The position numbers and the translations under genes were made by a program. Of a stretch of 64,000 bases of DNA, positions 1-24,830 are shown piece by piece. Origin of the DNA: Octopus vulgaris (taxonomy: Eukaryota). Each line of letters starts with the position of its first letter. Position 1 is the stretch's first letter. The stretch spans positions 21,824,001 to 21,888,000 of the forward strand of contig OX597830.1 in assembly GCA_951406725.2 (NCBI GenBank), written 5' to 3'. The notes beneath the pieces were generated by a model. That model made no database searches, was not told the origin of the DNA, and saw nothing but the letters and a program-made list of their open reading frames with translations.

Positions 1-2
1 AC

Positions 3-49
3 CATGAGATGCATGCGTTTCGGAGAGGTTGTCTCCTCTTCAGCCACAG
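3..49 (-). ncRNA. Degenerate type I hammerhead ribozyme (PLE pLTR type)
   Basis: Minus strand reads ctgtgg-CTGAAGA-ggaga caacc tctcc-GAAA-cgcatgca-TC-tcatgg. Stem I pairs using G-U wobbles and stem III has one mismatch. A related, more decayed copy lies at ~345-392. Confidence 0.55.
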
Positions 50-703
50 AAACCGGACAAGGCTGCGCTGCGGTCTGACACGAGAGACAGTATCTTTCTA
101 ATGATATTCCAGTCATCATTCAGTGACTGGTAGCAGTATTCGGCGGTTGACAATAAATAAAATTCAAGGTGACAGCGCTAAGAAGAGAGGTATACAAATA
201 CTAACTTGCAACCAGTTCAGATACGTTTGAGGCATATTCGAACTCGTAAGAAAGCCATTCGTCTTTTTGTCATGAACATAATTTCTCGTTGTTCACAAAT
301 GGGTGTATATACACCGAACCAGCTCGTAGCGCCACCTGATCAGACTGTGTGATGCATGCATTTCGGAGTAGTTATCTCCTCTTTAGCCATCAGAAATTAT
401 TGCGGTTAAAAGTCAAACAGGAAAAAGAGCAAATACTTATGGTGGAAATGGAGACTTGATAATCAAGTTTAACAGTTCATGAGAGATGTTAAGAGGTTAG
501 ATGCTATAACTAAAAAGACATAGGAACGAGTTTCAAAGAAAATATGACATCAGGTGCAGATGAGCACAGGTAATTAATGAAGAGATGAGACAAGATGAGA
601 CAACTTGAGACGAGATTAGGCAAAAAATATCTAGATACAAATAAAGAATAAATCAGTATCAACAGTACAGGCTCTTCAGAAAGATTGGAAGGAAAATTTA
701 TCA

Positions 704-1123
704 GGCGTGGCTGTGTGGTAAGAAGCTTGCTTCCCAACCACATGCTTCCGGGTTCAGTTCCACTGCGTGGCATCTTGGGCAAGTGTCTTCCACTACAGCC
801 TTGGACCGACCAAAGTCTTGTGAATGGATTTGGTACACGGTAATTAAATGTGTGTGTGTGTGTGTGTGTGTATGTCTTTGTGTCAGTGTGTGTATGCATT
901 TGTGTATATGTTTGTTCCACAGCACCGCTTAACAACCGGTGTTTGTGTGGTTACTTCCCCGTAACTTAGTGGTTCGGCAAAAACAGCCTGATAGAATAAG
1001 TACCAGGCTTTTAAAAAAAATAAGTATTGGGGTTGACTCATTCAACTAAAAGTCCTCCAAGGTGGTGCTCCAGCATGACCGCAGTCTAAGGATTGAAAGA
1101 AGCAAAAGGTGAAAGATAAAAAG
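704..1123 (+). mobile_element. tRNA-derived SINE, family A (CORE-like ttgggcaagtg, internal microsatellite, gactgaaacaagtaaaaga-type tail)
   Basis: Head ggcgtggctgtgtggtaag...gggttcagttcc (A/B-box-like). The same sequence recurs more than 10 times in the window. Confidence 0.85.
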
Positions 1124-1299
1124 ATCAGGAGAATACTGCACCAAATATTTGTAACTGCAAAGGAACTTTTGGCCATATATTTCGAACAAAGACGTTGTTA
1201 AACACAGCTGGAAACCGGATTGGTTACGGGAGTGTTGGAGAAAACTAGAAAATAAGGAGCAGAAAAGTCGGGGGCAGAAAAATCGACGACGATTATAAA

Positions 1300-1855
1300 C
1301 CTTTGTATTATAGACACAAGGCCTGAAATCATAGCGAAGAGGATGAAAGGCAAAGTCGACCTCGGTAGAATTTGAACTCAGAAAACATAGAACCGGGAGA
1401 AATGCTGCAAAACATTTTGGCCAGCATGCTAACGTTTCTTATTTCTTTATTGCCCACGAGGGGCTACACATAAAGGGCACAAACAAAGACAGACAAATGG
1501 ATTAAGTCGATTATATCGACCCCAGTGCGTAACTGGTACTTATTTAATCGACCCCGAAAGGATGAAAGACAAAGTCGACCTCGGCGGAATTTGAACTGAG
1601 AACGTAACGGCAGACTAAATACCTATTTTTTTACTACCCACAAGGGGCTAAACACAGAGAGGACAAACAAGGACAGACAAACGGATTAAGCCGATTATAT
1701 CGACCCCAGTGTGTAACTGGAACTTATTTAATCGACCCCGAAAGGATGAAAGGCAAAGTCGACCTCGGCAGAATTTGAACTCAGAACGTAACCGCAGACG
1801 AAATACCGCTAAGCATTTCGCCCGGCGTGCTAACGTTTCTGCCGGCTCACCGCCT
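1300..1855 (-). mobile_element. Tandem Deu/Nin-domain tRNA SINEs, family B
   Basis: Minus strand has ttctgagttcaaattc(c/t)gccgaggtcgactttgcctttcatcctttcggggtcgat...aagtaccag (Deu-domain-like). A ~183-bp internal unit is duplicated. Confidence 0.8.
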
Positions 1856-1859
1856 TTTT

Positions 1860-13600
<11,741 letters not shown>

Positions 13601-14003
13601 GTTTCTAGATAATTCCAATAAACCAACACCTCATCTCGTACAATATTTAGTACATTTTTTTTTTTGTCCTTGTCATCCTAAACGATGCCCCTAATCATTG
13701 TTTCTCTCAGCTATTTTTTGCTTTATTTCATTAATGCAAATTACGCAAGGCAATTAATGTTTCCTATACCTCAAAGTCTTACGTCTGGTTAAAGTCAAGG
13801 CAGAACAACGCTGTGCTGATGACAGCAACTGAGGCAGAAACGCATGATCACAGAGGAAATGTTCACAGATTTCCTCTTCTTTCCATAAGTAACAGACTGG
13901 CTTTTCCTTAATGATACGTTAATTAACTCTCTCGTAATTACTACCTTTTCCCATTCTGAGTCAGCTGCAATTTCAACTGGATGTTTGTTTGCCTTCTCTC
14001 AAT

Positions 14004-14450
<447 letters not shown>

Positions 14451-14479
14451 TTTAACATTCATATCTCGGTATTTATATA

Positions 14480-16730
14480 TTTATCGTTTGTCCTAAGTAA
14501 ATGTTTCCGTTGCATCGTTTTCCACCACTATTCAACCCTATAGTACGTTCTTGAGCGAAGATATTTTGTGTTCTCGTGGTTCATTTGTGAAACTTACTGC
14601 TGAACTGAGCTCTGACGGCATAATTTGTGGCTGATCTGAGGTTTCTGCGATGAGCACAACGTCGTTTGCAAATCAGCTGCAGTTTAGTACCTCACCACTG
14701 ATATTAACACCGTCTTTCCAATTGATGTCTCTTACGTTCATTTAGAGCTTTACATAGACGGTATCTCCTTGCCTGACGTGTTTCCCAACTAGAAATCTAA
14801 ATGATGCCCCTAATTATTGTTTCTCTCAGCTATTTTTTGCTTTATTTCATTAATTCAAATCACGCAAAGCAATTAATGTTTCCTATACCTCAAAGTCTTG
14901 CGTCTGGTTAGAGTCAAGGCAGAACAACGCTGTGCTGATGACAGCTACTGAGGCAGAAACGCTTCCCAACTAGAAATCTTACGGGAGTAACAGAAGAGTT
15001 ATATCAGTAATACATCCCAAGTTTGCCAACGTAAGGAGCTGTGCCTCTGCTCCCTGCGTCTCCAGAGACATTAGCACTACATCTACTTCGACTGTATCGA
15101 AAGTCTTTTTTGTTATCAACGAAGGATACCGCTTATATTCTTTAGCTCATCCTAGAAGTCGTGTAAGAGTGAATATATGGCCTATTGTGCTATAGTTCTT
15201 CTGAAAACCAACTTACTCCTTCGACTGTTGATCGTCAAGATGTTCTGAGAGTCTGGTAATTATGATCCTTGTTAACATCCTGTAGAGGCATTTGAAACAA
15301 TAGTTTCTCAGAACTTCCCCATCACCCTTCTTATAAAACAAGAGGGTATTCAATGCCTTCCACAGTGAGGGTATTTTTTTCGCTTTCAAATATCGATTGT
15401 AATGCAGAATTAGGATATTCCGCAGCTGCTCTCTTTCCGTTGCTATGCCATCTTTTCCTGTGGATTTCATCAAAGCATTCTCTATTTCATTGATCATAAT
15501 GGGTGCACTTCTTCCAACACTTCTGTGAGTGGAGGATCGAATGCGTCCGATGTTCTACAAAGATTAATATAACAGGTTTCACAGACCTTTCCTTTCCTTT
15601 TGTTCATCATAGTAATTCCGTCCTTTTTCTTGGTAACCGTCTTCTCTGATTATATAATTGCATCTCTCTGCTGCATCTCTTTAGATTCCTGTTCTCTTCT
15701 GGAACTCACACCAGCTTCTTCCTTCTATAGTTCTCCAACTTTCTTTCCAGATATCATCTTATCATCTTGCAGAGAGCAGAATATTAAAGGTACTCTTCCA
15801 TGCACCTCTTCATAGTCTTCCGTTTCTCTAGCATTTCCCTTATTTTCTGAGATACTTTCGCTTAGGTCCTATATGTCTACAGTTCTCGCTTTCCTCGTGC
15901 AACTTTTCATTTTCTGGATCAGTTCATTATGATCTTCATAAATTCCTTGAAGCTATCTCCAAGTTTCTTTCCTGATATCATCCTACAACTAGTGTCACAT
16001 TGAAGACCTTGATGCTTTGGGTTTCCATCGTGATATGCAGTGCCACCGTTTTCTCTCTATCCTCGTTGATGATGATCCTCGTCCGTACCAAGCGTTGATC
16101 CCTGCTGGAGCAACATGGCGCTGTAACTGAGACATCCTGCAGTAAGCATCGTTTGTCGACTAGGGTATAACTGACCAGTAGAGGTGCATGGCTTACTGGT
16201 TAGGATGTTCGACTTATGATCGATTCCTGGACAGGTCAATGCATTGTACTGTTGAGCAAAACATTTCATTCCACGTTGCTCCAGTCCATTCAGCTGATAA
16301 AAAATTAGTAATCCTACGACGGACCGGCGTCTCGTCCAAGAAGGAATATATACGCCAGAGAAACTGAGAAACTAGTCCTATAAACCTTACAGAAAAATGT
16401 GTGAACTAACCATGTACCGGATCTCATTTCGGTGCTGAGCGTTTGGTGTTACCTAGGTACATCTCCTTACAGATCTATTCCAGAACAGACTGCTCCCGAT
16501 TTGAAGTCTTTACCACGTCTAGCATTATAACAAAACGTTTTCCTCCTCCATTTCTTTCTCCCGACCCAAATCCTCCAACATGTTCCTCGTCTTGGTCACC
16601 CTTTTCCGACCTTTGCATTGAAATCCTCTCTCACCAGGACAGTGCAAGTAGACTTGTGATCTCGCACTTGTTCTTGGTCTTCGAGAGATACGAATACATA
16701 TTTCTGGAATATAAATAGAAAGACACAAGC
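14480..16730 (-). pseudogene. Decayed RTE-clade LINE (APE plus RT remnants), interrupted by insertions
   Basis: APE motif DFNAKVG (~16600), RT N-terminal KIPSLWK..LLFYKKGD..LRNY..LTRIIITRL..LDDQQ (15213-15497), VRQGD (~14765-14780) and an FANDVVL (YADD-like) motif near 14660. Many stops and frameshifts. Confidence 0.8.
16060..16385. mobile_element. Degenerate SINE fragments (Meta/V-domain types) inserted in the RTE LINE
   Basis: ttgagcaaaacatttcattccacgttgctccagtccattcagctg and cctacgacggaccggcgtctcgtcca match SINE bodies elsewhere in the window. Confidence 0.6.
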
Positions 16731-16921
16731 AGTTTCATATGGAAGTATGTTTGTGTGTGTGTGTGTGTGTGTATGTGTGTGTATGTGTGTGTGTGTGCAT
16801 ATGTTTAGGTGTGGGGGAGGTGCTTGTGAGATTGTTTTCACTTGGCCTTTTATCATTATATATCTCTCTCCCTCTCTCCGTCTTTTTTCTCTCCTTCTCT
16901 CTTTCTCACTTTCTCTCTCTT

Positions 16922-16992
<71 letters not shown>

Positions 16993-17068
16993 ACATCTTT
17001 ATATTTGTGTGTATGTGCGTGCATATGTGTGAGTACATATGTATATATAATATATACATACATATATG

Positions 17069-17134
<66 letters not shown>

Positions 17135-17140
17135 TATACG

Positions 17141-17171
<31 letters not shown>

Positions 17172-17180
17172 ATACATACA

Positions 17181-17217
<37 letters not shown>

Positions 17218-17590
17218 ATACATAGTCGGTTGCACACAGGCACGCACGCACAGTGTCGTGTGTGCCTGTGTACGCGCATAACAAATGCATAAACCTATTC
17301 CTGAGTGTGTATGGATCTGTTTCAAAAGCCTCTATCCATTGTGAACTATAAATAGTCGGTGTGTTTGTGTGTTTGTGTGTGTGTGTGTGTGTATGTATGT
17401 GTGTGTGTGTGTGTGTGTGCGTGTGTCAGAGAGAGAGAGAGAGTTTACATTGTTATACAAGTGTATCTTTTACAATATTCATGCTGCGATGAAGTAATTA
17501 TACGCAAAATAACGAAATGTCACATTAACAACGTTCCACTTTTTGTGTTCAATGTCAGATCAGACTAAACGGCAATGCAAGTCACTTAAA

Positions 17591-17648
<58 letters not shown>

Positions 17649-17700
17649 GCATGTGTGTGTGTATGAATGGATGGATGGGTGTATGGATGGGTGTATGGAT

Positions 17701-17742
<42 letters not shown>

Positions 17743-17967
17743 GAGAGAGAGAGAGAAGGGAATAGAAGTGAAGGGAATACGGAGGGGGAGAGAAGGACAG
17801 AGAAAGGAAGAAATAGGGGAGGTCAGAATGGAAGGAGAGAGAGGGATAGTGGGGGGGAGCAGAGGAAGGAAGAGAATGGACAGAAAGCGGAAGGTAAAGT
17901 GAAAGAAGGAAAGAAAAAGAGAAGTGAACGGGAGAGAGAAAAAGAACGAAAAAGAAAGAACGAAAAA

Positions 17968-18023
<56 letters not shown>

Positions 18024-18461
18024 CGACCGGTTTATCATAACTTGCAAAAAGTGGGCAAATGACGAGACATTGCCAATGTTTCGGAATTATTGGCTCCCTT
18101 CAGTGGAATGTGCCTTAAAGATCCATCCACTTTTTAGTAGCCACCTACAATATTTTTGTGGTTTTACCTTTTCTTCCCTCTCTTTCCTCTCTCTCCCTCT
18201 CGCTCTCTTTTCTCTCTCTCTCTCTCACTCTCTCTCTCTCTCTCTGTGCTGTCTTTCAATCCTATATCTCTTTCCTTCTATCTCTCCCTTTTTCTAGAAA
18301 CAGCAGCCAAATCTGAGGTTATAGTAGTAATAGCAGCCAAATCCGAGGCTATAGTAGAAGACGCTTGCCCATGCAGTGGGACTGACCCCGGAACCATGTG
18401 GTTGGAAAGCAAGATTCTTGCCACACAACAACGCCTGCGGCTACACAGCTATACAAATATA

Positions 18462-19317
18462 CAGGATGCGGTGAATATATTGTCGTCTAAATTACACAAA
18501 AATAAAAATAACATTTTAACAGATATATTTACCAAAATTACATAAAAACTCCTTAAAATACTAAAGAGTAAATTTATTCAATACAATCGCCATTGGCTTC
18601 AATCACGGCCTCCAGACGACTTCGGAATCTCCTGCAACTCTTCTGGACGATCTCCTTGTTTAAGTTGGTCAGTTCATCTTTAATGTTACAAGGGGGTTTC
18701 TTGATCCCTCACTCAACTGCGCCCCACACATAATAATTAAGGGGTTGCAGTCTGGGAAGTTAGGTGGCCAGATGTTAGGGGTGATATAGTCACAAAAATT
18801 GTTTGACAGCCATGATTGGGTTCTCCTGCTTGTGTGGCATGGTTCAGAATCCTATTGCCAGAGATTGGGTCTTCCAGCAGCCACCCTCTTGATCCAGGGC
18901 AGCACCACCTCCTCCAGGTACTTGATGTTGGCGTCCGTGTTGAGACTGAGGCCATGTGGGAAGATGAATGAAGGCAAAACGCCGCCATCACTAGAGATCA
19001 TTCCAAACACCGTGATGTTGAGTGAATGTTTGATTTTTATCACTCTCACTCTTTGTACATATTTTGGGTACACAGCAAGCCAATGGTTGTTCTGTGTTCA
19101 CCATCTGTTCGTATTGGAGCTTCCGGCGCGAATACCAAGGAGTACAGCATGTCGTTTTCAAATTTCTGGAAGATCTAATTGCGTCGTGATGTTGTTTTTC
19201 TCACAAACGGTGCCCAACTGCCCCGACTATACTGTATGGTCGACAAAATCAAAAACAATGTGCCAGCGCGAAATTAAAAATATACAATTCATGACAATTT
19301 ACCCATCGCATTCTCTG
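18462..19317 (-). mobile_element. Internally deleted Tc1/mariner-superfamily element, maT (DD37D)-like
   Basis: Peptide VFGMISSDGGVLPSFIFPHGLSLNTDANIKYLEEVVLPW..., followed by remnants of QDSAPCH and WPPNxPDCNPL. Degenerate ~25-bp TIRs (caggatgcggtgaatatattgtc / gacaatttacccatcgcattctctg). Confidence 0.8.
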
Positions 19318-19338
19318 TGTGTGTGTGTGTGTGTGTGT

Positions 19339-19419
<81 letters not shown>

Positions 19420-19882
19420 AAGATATATTTTTCAACGTATAAGTACTGATAGAACAGAAAATCCTTACAGAGCAAAAAAATCTGTCAGCAACCAGCCATG
19501 AGACACGAACTCACATCCGTTCAATTTCCGGTCAAAATGCTTTAAGCTAAACTGCTTTGCTGACAAATTCTTCTGCAATTTAGAATTTATAAATTCATCT
19601 AGAAACGCTAGATAGAATAGAAACTACGTCATATGGCTGGTGCGTTGAAAAAAATATATCTTTCTACTTGTACTACATAATATTTCAACGCTTCAAAAAC
19701 AAATTTATGACGTAATATGATATATATACATATCAAAAATTTAGATTCAGATGAATTAGGTACTTAAGTTGAGGCACCAGAATTTAGTACGGTATTATCC
19801 ATACAATTTCAAAATAAAGAGATTAAAATCAAAATCAGCAACAGAATATCTAGAGGTAATGCAGTACGATCGTTTCAAAAGA

Positions 19883-19957
<75 letters not shown>

Positions 19958-19999
19958 TGTATGTATGTATGTATGTATGCATGTATGTATGTATGTATG

Positions 20000-20030
<31 letters not shown>

Positions 20031-20031
20031 G

Positions 20032-20081
<50 letters not shown>

Positions 20082-20083
<2 letters not shown>

Positions 20084-20311
20084 GGAGTAAACACATAAAT
20101 GTGAAACAAGGCGGAAAAAAGAGTACTCAAATACCAGAGGTAGAGTAATATGCTTTATTCAAAAGCAGCAGAAATATAACAAAAGCTGTTACTCAGAGTC
20201 TCACGTTCTTGTTCGTCGGACAGTTTTGTTTTTAAAAAACTGTCCAATGAACAGAAACGTGAAACTCTGAGTAACAGCTTTTGGTTATATTTCTGCTGCT
20301 TTTAAATACAT

Positions 20312-20312
<1 letters not shown>
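20082..20312. mobile_element. Fold-back non-autonomous PLE-type element with an HHR in each arm, within (TA)n
   Basis: Inverted repeat at ~20156-20308. The arms read ctgt-CC(G/A)A(C/T)GA-stemII-GA(A/G)A-ctctgag-TA-acag at 20240-20277 (+) and 20186-20223 (-). Confidence 0.7.
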
Positions 20313-20347
<35 letters not shown>

Positions 20348-21295
20348 ATTATATACATAATTATAACAAGGGCTTGGCTTGCAACTCACTACGCACTGAA
20401 AAATAGACGTCTATGTGTGTGCATGTATGTGTATAAGGTCGACTTTGCTTTCTTTCCATCCTTTCGTTTTCGATAAAATAAGTACCTGGCTAGCATGAGA
20501 TGAGGGTCCTTGTAATTGAACAGCTCCAACCCCTCCAACCTTTCAGACCTTGTGCCTATAATCGGAAAGACCACAAATACTTTCTTAATGTTCTGTATAT
20601 CTTGAAGCTCTCGGGAAAGAATTAATACTTTCCTGTAAATGAAAATCAGTCGAAGAAATGCCATTTTCGTGAAATTCTACCTTTTCTGGGATTGGTAGTG
20701 GTTAGTCATTTGGTCAGGAATCTTAAATTTAGGTCTTATGACTCAATATTGAAATATGAACCTGTGTTATTACTTTTAGCTAACGTTGATGGAAGTTTCT
20801 CGTTAATCAGTTGCTTTTGCTGTTATGACAATTGCTGCTGCTGCCGGTGTTGTTGTTGTTGTTGTTATTATTGTTGCCGTTGTTGTTGTTGTTGTTGTGG
20901 AGGTTGTTGCTGCTGTTGTCGCTGTTTTTGTTGTTGTTGCTGTTACTGCTGTCGTTGTCATCGTCCCTGTTGTCGTCGTTGTTGTTGTTGTTGTGTTGCT
21001 GCTCCTGTTGTTGTTGTTGTTGTTGTTTAGATTCAGATCAGTCCTGTGATTGAGAAGAATAACAGCTCATATCGTTGCTGTTTCGGTCATCATTGCTGTT
21101 CTTGTTGTTGTCGTCGTCTTCGTCGTCGTCGTTGTTGCTGTCTTCTTCTTCTTCTTCTTTTTCTTTTTCTTCTTTTTCGTTTTCTTCTTTTTCTTCTTCT
21201 TTTTCTTCTTCTTTTTCTTTTTCTTCTTCTTCTTCTTCTTCTTCTTCTTCTTCTTCTTCTTCTTCTTCTTCTTCTTCTTCTTCTTCTTCTTCTTC

Positions 21296-21398
21296 TTGGG
21301 CAAGTGTCTTCTACTATAGCCTCGGGCCGACCAAAGCCTTGTGAGTAGATTTGGTAAGCGGAAACTGAAAGAAGCCCCGTCATATATATATATATATG

Positions 21399-21439
<41 letters not shown>

Positions 21440-21700
21440 GTGTGTGTGTGTGTGTGTGTGTCTGTGTGTGTGTCTGCGTGTCTGTGTGTCTGTGTGCTTG
21501 TCCCCCCAACATCGCTTGACAACCGATGCAGGTGTGTTTACGTCCCTGTTACTTAGCGGTTCGGCAAAAGAGACCGATAGAATAAGTACTAGGCTTCCAA
21601 AGAATAAGTCCTGGGGTCGATTTGCTCGACTAAAGGCGGTGCTCCAGCATGGCCGCAGTCTAAATGACTGAAACAAGTAAAAGAGTAAAAGAGAGTAAAG
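21296..21700 (+). mobile_element. Family A SINE, 5'-truncated
   Basis: Near-consensus body from ttgggcaagtgtcttctactatagcc to the gactgaaacaagtaaaagagtaaaagag tail. Confidence 0.85.
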
Positions 21701-21704
21701 AGTA

Positions 21705-21767
<63 letters not shown>

Positions 21768-21775
21768 TGAGAGAG

Positions 21776-21813
<38 letters not shown>

Positions 21814-22103
21814 GTGCTGTGACGTTGCAGCCACGGCTACCACCAACAACGCAACTGGTGTTTGTAGCAGCAGCAACAAGCAACACCAATAGGTCCAGCA
21901 ACAGTGGCGACGTTATCAACGCCAACAACAACAACATTACCTTCACTAGTACTGCCACCAACACTAGTAATAGTAAGAGAATGATCTCAGCCGCGGATGG
22001 TACGAAAGCCGGAACTAGCAGAATAAATGCATTTGTATCGGTTGTCAAGCGATGTTGGCGGGGAGGGGACAAACACAGACACACACTCAAATATATACAT
22101 ATA

Positions 22104-23142
22104 CTAGCAGCATAGCCCGGCGTTGCCCGGGTATGTAAGAGCACCTAGTAGGCAATGACTAATCCCAATCTAGTCCTTTCCCTCCAGGGAACGAAGGTGC
22201 ATGTGGACGTTGCAATGTCTTGTCTTCACTGGAATACTTCTGTATATACGATGTTCCTAGCTGTCCGTTTGGGCGAAAACATGAAAACATCATTGCGCCT
22301 CCCAACGCGTGAACAGCCCACGTAGAGTTGACCGTGGGTGAAGCACTGTTCGCCCAACTGTAACCAGCGACTTGTACCGTTTGGCCTTGGTATTTATTGA
22401 TGGACATTGTGAAGCAGAGTTTAACAGGAAACTGAGAACGCCTGAAGTGGATTGGTAGGTCAGCGCCCAATGGTTGAAGGTGCATGCGTGGAATGAAGAC
22501 GTCCTCTCCCTTCCCACAACCGGTAAGTATTGTGGCCGTTATTAAATGTGGTGGCAAATGTTTCACAACCAGACGTGTGCCGTTGCACTGTTTAGGTGGA
22601 ACCAAATTCCTGATGAGCATAATGGGCGCACCGACTTTTAACTTTAGGATGTGTGGCGGCAGGCCTGGCGGTTCAAGTGAATTCAGGAATTCAACAGGAT
22701 AATCGGCAAGCTCGGCGGGGTCTGCTGTCCTATCAATAGATTTGTAGACGTGGACATTACCAGGAATAGCTTCAAGTAGCTGGATATTGATGGAGTTGAG
22801 AGTTAAAAAGGTCGAGTTGCGTCCCCTAGACAGTCTGTACCAGGAATAGCTTCAAGTAGCTGGATATTGATGGAGTTGAGAGTTAAAAAGGTCGAGTTGC
22901 GTCCCCTAGACAGTCTGTGGTTTGTGTTTCTGATTCTCGACCCCATGTCGAATTTATCGATTTTTTTCAGAACTGGGGGAACTTTTCAAAATTTTCGCTG
23001 CGTTAGTTTTGAATTATGACATTGGGCTATGTGTGTGTCAAGTTTCATCAGAATCGGTTGAAAGCCGTGGTCAGGGTGAGGGTACAACCTAACAGACACA
23101 CAGACACGCACACAGACAAACTGCCGTTTATATAGAGAGAGA
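22104..23142 (-). mobile_element. Non-autonomous Helitron carrying a PIF1 helicase C-terminal fragment
   Basis: 5' TC, 3' hairpin cccgggcaacgccggg plus CTAG, and an A|T target inside a family A SINE (22035-22103 plus 23143-23308). The ORF reads LIRNL..CNGTRLVV..FIPR..FRRSQFPVKLCFTMSINKYQGQT. Confidence 0.92.
22159..22760 (-). pseudogene. Helitron Rep/Hel PIF1-family helicase C-terminal fragment
   Basis: Motifs PVEFLNSLEPPGLPPHILKLKVGAPIMLIRNL, CNGTRL and SINKxQGQT, with a frameshift near the end. Confidence 0.88.
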
Positions 23143-23710
23143 TACGACGGGCTTCTTTCAGTTTTCGTCTACCAAATCCACTCACAAGTCTTTAGCGCGG
23201 CCCGAGACCATGGTAGAAGACACTTGCCCAAGGTGCCACGCAGTGGGACTGAACCCGGAACCATGTGGTTCGTAAGCAAGCTACTTACCACACAGTCACT
23301 CCTACGCCAATGTGTGTGAGAGTTTTCTGTTTATGCTTCATCACCACCAACACCATCAATTGGCAATCGGTGCTGGTTTGTTTACATCTACGTCACTTAG
23401 CAGTTCGGTAAAAGTAACTGGTAGCATAGACATCAGACTTTAAAAAGATTTGTTCGACCCGGCCAACAAGACGATGCTCCAGCATGGCTACAATCCAATG
23501 ACTGAAACAAGATAAAACGGCCTAAGAGAGGTCAAAAGATTTCACCAGGAGAGGTGACACACATTAGAACTCCGTTGCTGCGAAGCTCTTTGAGAAAAAA
23601 CCCTACGTAATGGTTAAGAGTTGGAGGAATTAAAGGGTTACGCATTCCTTGAAAGACGGTCCCATTCTATGTCCCTCGGGTATAAAGAACTTCACCAGGC
23701 TTGATGAGAT

Positions 23711-24830
23711 GGCGAGCTGGCAGAAACGTTAGCACGCCGGGCGAAATGCGTAGCTGTATTTCGTCTGCCGTTACGTTCTGAGTTCAAATTCCGCCGAGGT
23801 CGACTTTGCCTTTCATCCTTTCGGGGTCGATAAATCAAGTACCAGTGACACACTGGGGTCAATCTAAAAGACTTAATCCGTTTGTCTGTCCTTGTTTGTC
23901 ATCTCTTTGTTTAGGCTTGATGGGATGGTGGCGAAGAAATTTCTTTCAGAATTCCACGCACAAAATCACTCCACTGTCAAATAATTAATAATTTGGGATC
24001 TACAGGATTCCTTTAATGTCCCGAGGTGACTATTACCCAATTAAGAATTTCAATTCACTTCTTTTTTTTTTTTTTTTTGTTTCCTTCAACTATATTTTTG
24101 TCGTACATGTCTTTTCTTATGTTCGATTCTATGTAAACCGCCACCTTCTAATTTGTCCTGATGTTGGTCTCTCACCTTCAACATGATTAATAATTTTATT
24201 GCCGGACAAAAGACTTAGCGGTATTTCAGTCGTCTTTACGTTCTGAGTTCAAATTCCGCCGAGGTCGACTTTGCCTTTCATCCTTTCGGGGTCGATTAAA
24301 TAAGTACCAGTTGCGCACTGGGGTCGATATAATCGACTTAATCCGTTTGTCTGTCCTTGTTTGTCCTCTCTGTGTTTAGCCCCTTGTGGGTAGTAAAGAA
24401 ATAGGTATTTCGGTCGTCTTTACGTTCTGAGCTCAAATTCCGCCGAGGTCGACTTTGCCGTTCGTCGTTTCGAGGTCGATAAAATAAGTACCAGTTGAAC
24501 ACTGGAGTCAATGTAATCGACTAGTTCCCTTCCCCCAAAATTGCTGCCCTTGTGACAAAATTTTAAACCTTTATTAAGATCATCATTATCATTATTCTCA
24601 GTATTATCGTTATTATTAAGGCGACGAGCTGACAGAATGGTTAACACGCCGGACAAAGCGCTTAGCAGTATTTCGTCCGTTTAATGTTCTGAGTTCAAAT
24701 GCTGCTTACATTGACTTTGCCTTTTATCCTTCCGGGGTCGACAAAATAAGAACCAGTTGAACACTGGGGTCGATGTAATCGACTTATCCTCACCTCGGAA
24801 ATTGCTGGCTTTGCGCCAAAATTTGAAAAC
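23711..24830 (+). mobile_element. Cluster of family B Deu-domain SINEs, head-to-tail multimer at 24200-24830
   Basis: ggcgagctggcagaaacgttagcacgccgggcgaaatg head and four repeats of gttctgagttcaaattccgccgaggtcgac-type bodies. Confidence 0.85.

Noticed and set aside
20383-20405. Minus-strand tttttcag|tgcgta|gtgagt 6-nt microexon pattern
   Set aside because: It is expected by chance in 64 kb, and there is no host gene context to support it.
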